64,000 bases of DNA, taken from an uncultured OM182 clade bacterium. GTDB taxonomy: Bacteria > Pseudomonadota > Gammaproteobacteria > Pseudomonadales > Azotimanducaceae. Position numbers and translations under genes: made by a program. The notes under the pieces were generated by a model. That model saw only the letters and a program-made list of their open reading frames with translations. It was not told the origin of the DNA and searched no databases. The stretch covers positions 1,267-65,266 of the forward strand of contig CACFLG010000005.1 in assembly GCA_902567095.1 (NCBI GenBank). Direction: 5' to 3'. Below are positions 1 to 8,947 of this stretch, in pieces. Position 1 is the stretch's first letter. The number at the start of each line of letters is the position of its first letter.

Positions 1-251
1 TCTCCGCGGGCCGTGAGCTCAGCGCAACACATTGAGGGACCTAGTTCTAAACCGTCTTTCGAAAACTTGGCCTCCAACATACCGTCTATTTTTTTTACAT
101 CGACTATTAAACGGGATTGATCCTCTGTGGAGTTGTTTTGGATTATAAGGTCTGTTCCTCCGGCTAGTACCCGAGCAGGGATTTCTGATTCCTTTAGCAG
201 CCTGACTGCTTCATCGATTGAATTCGGTGCTTCATAAACTACTGATACCAT
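1..251 (-). CDS. Xanthine dehydrogenase/CoxM-family FAD-binding subunit (5' part; runs off window edge)
   Basis: Manual translation from ATG at 251: MVSVVYEAPNSIDEAVRLL...RVLAGGTDL. AGGTDL is the FAD-binding motif of molybdo-hydroxylase medium subunits. GGAGG RBS just upstream. Confidence 0.8.
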   Translation of the reverse strand, partial: MVSVVYEAPNSIDEAVRLLKESEIPARVLAGGTDLIIQNNSTEDQSRLIVDVKKIDGMLEAKFSKDGLELGPSMCCAELTARG

Positions 252-402
252 TTTCCCTCCTTTTCGCCCTTTCAGGTTCGATCATCCAGCGACGCGACCC
301 GACAATATCAGATTAATATATATACCATGCAAAGGTTCCTCGGCCAAGAAGAGCCTTTGTTATTCCTCCCGAGGCTTGCGATAATTGACCTGAACAAAGG
401 GT

Positions 403-1368
403 CTATAAATTCGAAATATAACTACATATTCTCTCAGTCAATTTGGACTGATTTATGTTAGAGAACCCGCGAGACATTGATATGCCCTGATGAACTAGGC
501 TAACTATATCGGCAAGTTCATCAAAATTGGCGTTTAACGACAGTAACTCACTCGCCTTGAAAAGTGATGGATACTTAATTTCTTCCAAGCCAACTTTCTG
601 AATAACCATCGCATCAAAAGTCACTTTATATAAAACACTTAAGCTCTCAGACTTACTAAGCCGATCAATTTCTCCTGCGCCCAAGAAAGGAGAAACTGAG
701 CCATCAATAATTGAACAGATAAGATCTCCGACTTTTTCGGATTCTGGTTCAAAATTATCAGGAACTCCACCTCCTTTTTTCGAAGAGGACGACACATGCT
801 TTTCTATTAGCGCAAATGAATCATCGATCTCTCTCTTTTCAAGGTTCGCAAAACTCTGAGTATTATCAAATGGCAATTTAAGTTTGTAAGTCTGGCAACG
901 ACTCCTAACTGTAGGCAAAAGAGACAAAGGTCGGTTACTTACCAAACAAAAGAAAGTTCCTTTTGGTGGCTCTTCAAGCACTTTTAGTAAAGCATTTTGC
1001 GCCTGAACGTTTAGATCGTCGGCAGCACAAATCAGACAGAGTTTTATGCCGCCTAAAACCGAGCTCTTAGTTGCCCAATCGATGACATCACGAACTTTTT
1101 CTACCTTGATCTGCCTGTCATCTCCTCTGTCAAGGATCTTTAAATCAGGGTGGTTGCTCGCCAACCTTAACTTGCAGCTTTTACAATTTTGGCAAGGTTT
1201 GAAAGAAGAAGTGCACAAAAGGCGCTCTGTAATTGCCTTGCCCACCGCTTCTCCGGAGTCCTCAGCCTCTGCATTTATCAAGAACGCATGAGGCAACTTT
1301 TTCGCTTCGACCGTTGTTAGGAAATTAATCCAGCTACCATCACCATTGGACGGAATATTAGAGCTCAA
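403..1368 (-). CDS. holB: DNA polymerase III delta' subunit
   Basis: Zn motif C..C..C, HPD, QNALLKVLEEPP and LLPTVRSRCQ; follows tmk. Confidence 0.9.
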   Translation of the reverse strand: MSSNIPSNGDGSWINFLTTVEAKKLPHAFLINAEAEDSGEAVGKAITERLLCTSSFKPCQNCKSCKLRLASNHPDLKILDRGDDRQIKVEKVRDVIDWATKSSVLGGIKLCLICAADDLNVQAQNALLKVLEEPPKGTFFCLVSNRPLSLLPTVRSRCQTYKLKLPFDNTQSFANLEKREIDDSFALIEKHVSSSSKKGGGVPDNFEPESEKVGDLICSIIDGSVSPFLGAGEIDRLSKSESLSVLYKVTFDAMVIQKVGLEEIKYPSLFKASELLSLNANFDELADIVSLVHQGISMSRGFSNINQSKLTERICSYISNL

Positions 1369-1985
1369 AGAAACCTCGATTTAATCAGCAATCTCAGTTC
1401 ATTTTGAATGGCCTCAACAGAAGAAGATGCGTCAAAAACTTGATATCTTGAATCTTTTCTAGACAAACTCAAAAAAGTGTCCCTGACTGGTCCAAAGAAT
1501 TTGGCCCCTTCCTTTTCGAAACGGTCAGCTTTTGAATTTTTTGTTGCTCTTCTCAATCCATCCTTCCATTCTAAGTCAAGAACAATTGTAAGATCAGGAA
1601 CGAAGCTTCCGAAAGCTAACTCCGTTAGTTTTTGGACATGCGAAGCTCCAAGCCCGCGTCCAGCACCTTGATAAGCGATACTTGAGTCATTAAATCTGTC
1701 GCATAAGACCCATTTTCCGCTTTCGAGAGCGGGTTTGATCTTCTCTTCAATATGCTGAGCTCTGGCAGCAGCCATCAAGAGAAGCTCAGCCATAGGAACC
1801 ACATTTTTTTGTCGCTCATCCAACAAAATTTCCCGCAACACCTCTCCGAGGGCTGTACCTCCAGGCTCTCTGGTTAGAACCACTTTAAATTCTAAATCTT
1901 TTAAATATTCCGCTAAGAGCTCTATTTGGGTGGATTTACCGGCTCCCTCTATCCCTTCAAACGTGAGAAATTTACCTGATGACAT
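1365..1985 (-). CDS. tmk: Thymidylate kinase
   Basis: FEGIEGAGKST P-loop, TREPGGT, CDRF. Start moved to ATG at 1985 (MSSGKF), just after the mltG stop. Confidence 0.95.
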   Translation of the reverse strand: MSSGKFLTFEGIEGAGKSTQIELLAEYLKDLEFKVVLTREPGGTALGEVLREILLDERQKNVVPMAELLLMAAARAQHIEEKIKPALESGKWVLCDRFNDSSIAYQGAGRGLGASHVQKLTELAFGSFVPDLTIVLDLEWKDGLRRATKNSKADRFEKEGAKFFGPVRDTFLSLSRKDSRYQVFDASSSVEAIQNELRLLIKSRFL

Positions 1986-1986
1986 G

Positions 1987-3024
1987 TCAAGGAGCCCGTC
2001 TGCTATTTCCAAGTTGGTATCTTTTAACGGCGGCCAAATGCTCTTTGTAATTCTTTGAAAAATAACTTTTACCGTTACCCATTGCTACAAAATAATAAAA
2101 GGGAGACTTAACCTCAGAGAGAACCACATTTATGGACTCGCGCCCCGGCGAAGCAATTGGAGTCGGGGGCAGACCAAACCGAGTGTATGTATTAAAGGGG
2201 TTATCACGCCTCAAATGGTGCCTTTTAAGATCGCCATCGAAAGCACCTCCCAAACCATATATGACCGTCGGGTCACTCTCCAATCTCATCCCGCTTCTCA
2301 GCCGATTTAAGAACACCGAACCAATTTTGGCTCTATCGGGCCCGTATCCTGTTTCTTTTTCAACCATTGAAGCTAGGATAAGTGACTCATAAGGCGTTTT
2401 TAAAAGCCTTTCCGCGCGTCTGCTCGACCATTCTAAAGCGATAATTTCTTTCATTTTTCGGTGGGCACTTTCAAGCAAATCTAGGTCGCTAGTTCCAAGA
2501 TTATAGTAGTACGTGTCTGGAAAAAACCAACCTTCGATCTCGCCCTTTATCCCAATCAAACCAGCGATTTCAGCGTCGCTCATGTCCGGGATCTTCTTAT
2601 TTAGGTGCGGCAGAACCATTAACTTTTTACGCCACTGGCTGAAAGTCCAACCCTCTGGAAAGGTCGCCCGATAACTAACCACCGCTCCGGCTCTAAGCAA
2701 CTTTATTATTTCTCGAACAGTCATCCCCTTGGCCAAACTATACTTCCCAGCTTTTATCGGACCTCTATCTTCTGTAAGTTTCGAGTAAAGCCTTATGACA
2801 TTCCTGTTCTGATTGATCAGAGACCCCTCCTCCTCAAGTTTGTCGAACAGATCAAGTATGGTCGAACCTCTTGGAACCTCTAGTATCATAGAGCGATCCA
2901 TACTCGAGTCGAGTTTGGACAAAATGAATGCAAAGGCAACTATAAGAACCAATAAAAAAAATAAAGAAAAAGTTAGCAGAAATAACTTATTCCTTTCGAT
3001 GAACTCTTTAATATGACTATGCAA
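1987..3024 (-). CDS. mltG: Endolytic transglycosylase MltG
   Basis: N-terminal TM, ASMVEKETG, LESDPTVIYG, NPFNTY, GLPPTPIASPG. Confidence 0.95.
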   Translation of the reverse strand: MHSHIKEFIERNKLFLLTFSLFFLLVLIVAFAFILSKLDSSMDRSMILEVPRGSTILDLFDKLEEEGSLINQNRNVIRLYSKLTEDRGPIKAGKYSLAKGMTVREIIKLLRAGAVVSYRATFPEGWTFSQWRKKLMVLPHLNKKIPDMSDAEIAGLIGIKGEIEGWFFPDTYYYNLGTSDLDLLESAHRKMKEIIALEWSSRRAERLLKTPYESLILASMVEKETGYGPDRAKIGSVFLNRLRSGMRLESDPTVIYGLGGAFDGDLKRHHLRRDNPFNTYTRFGLPPTPIASPGRESINVVLSEVKSPFYYFVAMGNGKSYFSKNYKEHLAAVKRYQLGNSRRAP

Positions 3025-4258
3025 TTTTCTTTAGAACTAACGAGCCATTAGTGCCCCCAAACCCAAAAGAATTGCTCATCGCTACGTCAATGAGCGTTTC
3101 TTTTGCATTTCCGGCCACATAATCCAAATCGCACCCATCGCTCGGATTTTCGAGATTTATAGTCGGAGGAGCGACTTGATCCTGAATCGCGCAGATAGTC
3201 ACAATCGCTTCTATGGCACCGGCAGCGCCGAGGGCATGGCCATGCATTGACTTAGTAGAACTGACAAGAAGCTTGCTCGCGTGTGAACCAAAAGTGCTTT
3301 TTATTGCAGCCGTTTCCGCAAGGTCTCCCAGAGTTGTGGAGGTGCCATGCGCATTTATGTAGTGAACATTGGAGGAAGGGATTTTGGCATCATTCAAGGC
3401 ATTCTTCATAGCGTCTGCGGCACCCGAACCATTGCTAGAAGGAGAAGTCATGTGATCAGCATCTGCACTCATCCCAAAACCAATGAGTTCGCAATAAATT
3501 CTTGCTCCTCTTTTTTTCGCATGTTCGTATTCCTCTAGAACAATAGCTCCTGCACCGTCGCTGAGAACGAACCCGTCTCTATCTCGATCCCACGGCCTAC
3601 TAGCGCTTGTGGGATCTTCATTTCTTAGAGAAAGAGCTCTCATCGCCGCAAAACCTGCAATGGTCGTTGGACAGGTCGCCTTTTCAGCTCCTCCAGCGAC
3701 CATAATATCTGCATCTCCATGCATAATTAATCTCGCAGACATTCCTATATTATGGAGTCCAGTGGTACACGCCGTGGATATTGCCAAGTTTGGTCCCCTG
3801 AACCCATACCTTATTGAAAGGTGCCCAGAAACCATATTAATAATGCTAGAGGGCACAAAAAACGGGGAAACCTTGGATGGTCCTTTATTGATAACCACGT
3901 CATGACAGGTCTCTATTGTATTGATCCCGCCAATCCCTGATCCAATTGAGACGCCAACTCTTCTTAAGTCAACAGGTGACGAATCAATCTCCGAATCACT
4001 GACCGCCTGCACTCCAGCTGCCAAGCCTAGGAGAATGAAATCGTCCATTCTCCTAGAATCCTTTGGAGAGATGTAACTAGATAAATCAAAATCTGGAATC
4101 TGGCCGCCAATTTTTACAGTGTGCTTTGTTACGTCGAAAGCCGTGAGATTAGAAATTCCGCTCTTTCCTGCCAACATCGCAGCCCAAGATGTTCTTACAT
4201 CAGGGCCTAACGGACTGACCATGCCTATACCTGTAATTACAACCCTTCTGCCCGACAT
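3017..4258 (-). CDS. fabF: 3-oxoacyl-ACP synthase II
   Basis: RRVVITGIG, STACTTG, NAHGTST, SNSFGFGGTN. Confidence 0.97.
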   Translation of the reverse strand: MSGRRVVITGIGMVSPLGPDVRTSWAAMLAGKSGISNLTAFDVTKHTVKIGGQIPDFDLSSYISPKDSRRMDDFILLGLAAGVQAVSDSEIDSSPVDLRRVGVSIGSGIGGINTIETCHDVVINKGPSKVSPFFVPSSIINMVSGHLSIRYGFRGPNLAISTACTTGLHNIGMSARLIMHGDADIMVAGGAEKATCPTTIAGFAAMRALSLRNEDPTSASRPWDRDRDGFVLSDGAGAIVLEEYEHAKKRGARIYCELIGFGMSADADHMTSPSSNGSGAADAMKNALNDAKIPSSNVHYINAHGTSTTLGDLAETAAIKSTFGSHASKLLVSSTKSMHGHALGAAGAIEAIVTICAIQDQVAPPTINLENPSDGCDLDYVAGNAKETLIDVAMSNSFGFGGTNGSLVLKKIA

Positions 4259-4343
4259 TGTCGTTCCCCAAACAAAATACTTTAAAGGAGATGATTAAAA
4301 CGCAAACCAAATGTAAGTGAACAGATTATTGCTGGGTCGCTTT

Positions 4344-4577
4344 TTACGTATTGGCTTCGATGTAGTCGATCGCTTCTTTAACCGTGGTTATTTTCTCTGC
4401 TTCCTCGTCAGGTATCTCAGTCTCAAACTCTTCTTCTAGAGCCATAACTAATTCGACTGTGTCGAGCGAATCTGCTCCGAGATCCTCAACAAAAGAAGCT
4501 TCAGGGGTAACTTCCTCTTCTTTGACCCCGAGTTGCTCACATACTAATTTTGTAACTCGTTCAACAATAGTGCTCAT
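4344..4577 (-). CDS. acpP: Acyl carrier protein
   Basis: [20 protein letters not shown]. Confidence 0.98.
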   Translation of the reverse strand: MSTIVERVTKLVCEQLGVKEEEVTPEASFVEDLGADSLDTVELVMALEEEFETEIPDEEAEKITTVKEAIDYIEANT

Positions 4578-4680
4578 GGCCGGAATTACTCCTTCTGCTG
4601 TAAAGAAGCGGTAGTTTAATGAAATGGCCGATACTGATTCAAGCTTTTTGTGTGAGTTTTCTTACAAAGACTAAAATTTT

Positions 4681-5406
4681 CTACGATCTATACATCCCGC
4701 CGTTGATGTGAATCGTCTCTCCGGTGATGTAACTAGATGATTCATTGCATAAAAATGACGCTAGAGCAGCCACCTCGGCAGCATCTCCAAATCTGCCCAA
4801 AGGAATCAAATTAAGCATCGCCTGCTGATTAGACTCCGCAATTTCCTGTGTCATCTCGGTTTTTATATAGCCTGGCGCTATAGAATTCACTGTGATTCCT
4901 CGGGAACCCAACTCTAAACTTAGGGAGCGAGTGTACCCTTCTATTCCAGCTTTCGAAGCCGCATAGTTGGTTTGACCAGGATTGCCCATTGAGCCGACGA
5001 CAGACGACAGGTTTATAATACGGCCCCAACGCGCCTTGATCATGCCTCTAAGAAAAGCTTTTGTAATTCTAAAAAGACCGCTCAGGTTCGTCTCTATAAC
5101 ATCATCCCACTCTTCATTCTTCATTCTAATAGCAATATTATCTCTGGTTATCCCAGCATTATTAATTAACACAAGCGGCGCCTCAAACCTCTCTTTCACT
5201 TCATTCGCAAAATGGTCTATTGATTCAGTGTCAGCAATATCGAGCTGCATACCGAAGCCCAGGCCTGATATTCCTTTCGAGATTTTCTCCGCACCTGCCT
5301 GCGAGGTCGATGTGCCAACGACAAAAAACCCAGAGTTAATAAGTTCTCCAGAAATAGCATGGCCTATCCCGCGACTTGCTCCAGTGACTACGGCTACTTT
5401 TTGCAT
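4681..5406 (-). CDS. fabG: 3-oxoacyl-ACP reductase
   Basis: TGASRGIG, NNAGITRD, YAASK; fab operon context. Confidence 0.95.
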   Translation of the reverse strand: MQKVAVVTGASRGIGHAISGELINSGFFVVGTSTSQAGAEKISKGISGLGFGMQLDIADTESIDHFANEVKERFEAPLVLINNAGITRDNIAIRMKNEEWDDVIETNLSGLFRITKAFLRGMIKARWGRIINLSSVVGSMGNPGQTNYAASKAGIEGYTRSLSLELGSRGITVNSIAPGYIKTEMTQEIAESNQQAMLNLIPLGRFGDAAEVAALASFLCNESSSYITGETIHINGGMYRS

Positions 5407-6341
5407 TATTTACCGAGGCTCGCTAACTGGTTAGCTTCTATTTCAGCGTTAAGAGAGCCCACAACCGCTCTTTTGTTTACTCGCTTAATAAGGCCACTGA
5501 GGACTCTTCCTGGACCGCACTCAACAAAGTTTTCTACCTGATTATCCCAAAGAGTTTTTATCGACTCGGTCCAACGAACGGGGGCACATACTTGATCCAC
5601 TAAATTTCTCCGAATCGACTCAGGGTCTGTCTCATAAACTGCGGTTACATTTTGAACAACAGGGATCTTTGGTGCGATAATTTCAATTTCACTTAGGCGT
5701 TCTTCCATTTTTAACGCTGCCGGCTTCATTAACGAGCAATGAAAAGGTGCGCTAACGTTTAAAAGGATGGATCTTTTCGCACCGCTTTCTTTGCATCTTC
5801 CTATCAAAACTTTAAGTGTTTCATTATCTCCGGCCACAACAACTTGCTCTGGCGCATTGAAATTTGCGGCTTCAACTAATCCTGTTTTCGATTCTCGCGT
5901 CACGGACTCGCAAATCTCTATCATCATATCGTCACTAAGCCCTAAAACAGCTGCCATGCCACCCTTTCCGAGAGGGACCGCCCCTTGCATATATTGGCCA
6001 CGTCTCCGAACTAATTTAACAGCATCTTCAAATCGAATGGCTCCTGCCGCTACTAATGCTGCATACTCACCTAAGCTATGCCCCAGAACGACGTCAGGAA
6101 ACTCCGCATTATTGTTCATCGCATATCGAAACAGAGCTATCGAAACAGTGAGCAAAGCTGGTTGGGTGTATTCAGTTTGATTAAGCACCTCTTCTGGTCC
6201 AGAGGAGATTAACTCTCCCATATCGTAGCCCAAGGCCTCTGAAGCTTCTTCGTAAGTAGCAGCTACCTCAGAACTTTTTGCAACTAACATTCCAACCGAT
6301 TGCGATCCTTGTCCCGGAAAGACGTAAGCAAAACCACTCAT
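5406..6341 (-). CDS. fabD: Malonyl-CoA:ACP transacylase
   Basis: FPGQGSQ, GHSLGEY, VSAPFH. Confidence 0.96.
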   Translation of the reverse strand: MSGFAYVFPGQGSQSVGMLVAKSSEVAATYEEASEALGYDMGELISSGPEEVLNQTEYTQPALLTVSIALFRYAMNNNAEFPDVVLGHSLGEYAALVAAGAIRFEDAVKLVRRRGQYMQGAVPLGKGGMAAVLGLSDDMMIEICESVTRESKTGLVEAANFNAPEQVVVAGDNETLKVLIGRCKESGAKRSILLNVSAPFHCSLMKPAALKMEERLSEIEIIAPKIPVVQNVTAVYETDPESIRRNLVDQVCAPVRWTESIKTLWDNQVENFVECGPGRVLSGLIKRVNKRAVVGSLNAEIEANQLASLGK

Positions 6342-6371
6342 ATTCGGGAAATTCTTTGGATATGTTTAGAA

Positions 6372-6557
6372 CTAATCTTCTGAAACATCATCTGAAAACA
6401 CCTTTTTTCCTCTATAGAAACCGTCCTCCGTGATGTGATGTCTTCTATGAGTCTCACCGGTAGTTGGGTCTTCCGAAAGTGTCGCAGATCCTAAACTATC
6501 GTGCGATCTTCGTTTACCTCTCCTTGCTCGAGTGACCTTACTTTTTTGAACAGCCAT
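6372..6557 (-). CDS. rpmF: 50S ribosomal protein L32
   Basis: [19 protein letters not shown]...GFYRG. Confidence 0.97.
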   Translation of the reverse strand: MAVQKSKVTRARRGKRRSHDSLGSATLSEDPTTGETHRRHHITEDGFYRGKKVFSDDVSED

Positions 6558-6558
6558 A

Positions 6559-7095
6559 TCAAACCTCCTTCCTGTCTCGTCCTTTATATTTTAACGCCAA
6601 ATCGCTGAACGGCCGATAAGTATCTTCGCAGGCTGCTTCGCCCAACGCCTCCTTTGAGTCACTGCCCTCTGAGAATCTGGCCGCGTATCCAGCACATCCG
6701 CTCCTATGTTTAGGTGCCATAGGTATAGCCACAATTAGCTCATCTTCCACTATATCCTGCAGAGAAACGCACTTTCCAACTGCAACAAACGCCGCTCGGT
6801 CCTGGTCCAAATCAAATAGCTCGTTTAGCTCTTCGACAACCACAGTATTTATCTCACAGGAGATCTGTTCCGAAAATTCTCCAAGGCAAATCTGACACTC
6901 TAAGTTAACCGCTGCTGATACATTGCCGGTTATCAAAGTTCGGCATTGTTCGTCAATAGAGAAAATCAAAGAAAATTTTACCTGCCCCTCCTGCCCAAGA
7001 ACCAAAGGGCACAATCTATCGAAATTAACCAGAGGTTCCGATCCTTTCCATGTCGCGTTTCTTCGGGCTTGCTTAGCGTGATCTATTTCTTTCAG
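6559..7095 (-). CDS. yceD: YceD/DUF177 family protein (start uncertain: CTG at 7095 or TTG at 7014)
   Basis: [28 protein letters not shown]; upstream of rpmF. The frame stays open to a stop at 7102-7104. Confidence 0.85.
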   Translation of the reverse strand: MKEIDHAKQARRNATWKGSEPLVNFDRLCPLVLGQEGQVKFSLIFSIDEQCRTLITGNVSAAVNLECQICLGEFSEQISCEINTVVVEELNELFDLDQDRAAFVAVGKCVSLQDIVEDELIVAIPMAPKHRSGCAGYAARFSEGSDSKEALGEAACEDTYRPFSDLALKYKGRDRKEV

Positions 7096-7123
7096 ATTGG
7101 CTTACCTGCTTCTTTTGATGCGC

Positions 7124-7152
7124 ATATTAGGCAGTCGAGTCACGCCTGTCAA
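7124..7152 (-). promoter_or_regulatory. Putative sigma70 promoter of yceD-rpmF-fab
   Basis: Minus strand TTGACA-N17-TAATAT. Confidence 0.65.
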
Positions 7153-7578
7153 AGAAAGGAAAGATAAAAATAGAGCTTATTTCGTCTAGAGATTCATTGT
7201 GTCGTTTTAAACCGTCTAACATAATCTATCAGCAATTATTTTGGATCTCTTAATTTAGAAGCCTTGAGCGTTGAAGCACTGTTTTAGCTACCACAAAAAC
7301 GTCTACCTGTTTAAAAGATTCTATTTGATTCGGAGAGCTGAAGACTATTCGAATCAGAGCAGCTAACTCAAACAAGAAAATCTAGCTTACAAAGTGCCGC
7401 CTAAAAAAGTTAAAACTTTAGGCAATTGGAAGAAATCAAGCTGAAAATTTTTTTACTTAAACTTCTTAATCAAGCACTTTCTCTCACTTGGGATCAAAGG
7501 CGAACAGGCAAAAACAAAGCCGACCAAAAAAATACAAGAGTTTTTCTACACAAATATCCTAGGTAACTGTTTTTACGT

Positions 7579-8517
7579 TTATTTTAATAACATCTTAAAT
7601 GTTTCCGTAAATTCTTGAGACAGGGGGCATTCAACATCTACTTTCCCAACGTGTTTATTTTGGGGGATTGAGATTTGGGATGCGTGCAGCATCATGCGGG
7701 TTTTTAACCCTAACACTGATTCCTTAAATTTATCGCCGTACCTAATATCTCCTACTATCGGGTGGCGAGCCCAAAGCGCGTGCACCCTTATTTGGTGAGT
7801 TCTTCCGGTTTTTGGAAAAGCTTCAACCAGCGAGAAATCCTCGTTTCCGGAAATCTTTCTAAACCCAGTTCTAGCGCTTTTTCCTGATGCACTTACTTTA
7901 GTCCAACGCTCGCGCCCCTCATTAGAATATACCTCAAGAGCTTGGTTTATATAAGTCAACTTTTCAGGCCAGTCGCCATGAACAAGAGCTGTGTACCTCT
8001 TCGAAATACTTCCGGGCCTACGAAGCAATTCTTGCAAAAAAACCAGGCTAGCGCGTTTTTTTGAGATCATGAGACATCCTGAGGTATCCTTATCAAGTCT
8101 ATGAATTAGCTCAAGTTTTTCTTTTGTATTTTTATTTTTTCGGCTTGCTCTTAAACTTTCGATCAAACCAAATTTTACCGATGACCCACCGTGAACAGCA
8201 AGTCCGGCAGGTTTGTTGAAAACAATCAAATCGCTATTCTCAAAAACGATTTGAGTCTCGGGCTTAAAAAGAGGGTCGACATACTTGTTTTCTCTCGCGC
8301 TTAACCTAATTGGGGGCAATCTAACCTCATCACTCAAATAAAGCTTGGTTGAGGCACTTGCTCGGCTCCTGTTAACCCTTATCTCATTTCTTCGGATCAA
8401 CCGATAAATTCTTGACTTCGGCACTCCTTTGAGTGTTTTAAATAAAAAATTATCGAGCCTTTGGCCGGCACTATCCTCCATAATTTTTAAAAAGGTTACA
8501 TTTTGAAAAGTCTGCAT
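7579..8517 (-). CDS. rluC: 23S rRNA pseudouridine synthase C
   Basis: S4 domain GQRLDNFL, NKPAGLAVHGGS, HRLDKDTSG, TGRTHQIRVH; divergent from rne. Confidence 0.93.
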   Translation of the reverse strand: MQTFQNVTFLKIMEDSAGQRLDNFLFKTLKGVPKSRIYRLIRRNEIRVNRSRASASTKLYLSDEVRLPPIRLSARENKYVDPLFKPETQIVFENSDLIVFNKPAGLAVHGGSSVKFGLIESLRASRKNKNTKEKLELIHRLDKDTSGCLMISKKRASLVFLQELLRRPGSISKRYTALVHGDWPEKLTYINQALEVYSNEGRERWTKVSASGKSARTGFRKISGNEDFSLVEAFPKTGRTHQIRVHALWARHPIVGDIRYGDKFKESVLGLKTRMMLHASQISIPQNKHVGKVDVECPLSQEFTETFKMLLK

Positions 8518-8574
8518 TAATTGAAAATAATTTTAGAATTAGTTTTTTTTGGAAATCTTGTTATACTTGTTCTT

Positions 8575-8947
8575 CATTCGGATAGCCAGCAACTAACAAG
8601 ACGGTAAAAAAGGCTAATAGAGCAGATTATTGGTAACGATCGTTGAGAAGATCGGTCCGGAAGTTCCATTGGGGAACATCATAAGAATTTAAATCGCCTA
8701 GCCCTCAGACACGGCTAGGTAGCTATTAACCGCACAGAGTTCGGTTCTAGCGTAGTAGGCAGATTAGATAATATTGAGTCCTGTGGAAGAAGGATTCAAC
8801 TGAAAAAAAAGAATCGGCAGTTCCTCTTAACGTGAGTTAACGTGAAATTATGCCGAAATCCTCTGAACCACAGTTAGAGCTGTCGGTTTTATCGCCTTTC
8901 CTATTACGCCAAACGTTACTCGTGCCTACGAACAAGCGTGGACGAAT
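8575..8947 (+). promoter_or_regulatory. Long rne 5' leader, probably autoregulatory
   Basis: About 370 nt noncoding before rne, with hairpin CCTAGCC-ctcagacac-GGCTAGG near 8697-8719. Long structured rne leaders are known in gammaproteobacteria. Boundaries approximate. Confidence 0.4.

Noticed and set aside
252..402. Moco riboswitch, 6S RNA or SRP RNA upstream of the molybdoenzyme subunit
   Set aside because: Diagnostic motifs are not recognisable on the expected strand and the length is short for 6S. Kept only as an unassigned structured element.
7153..7578. Gene or ncRNA in the AT-rich yceD-rluC gap
   Set aside because: No ORF of 60 aa or more and no convincing structure found by eye.
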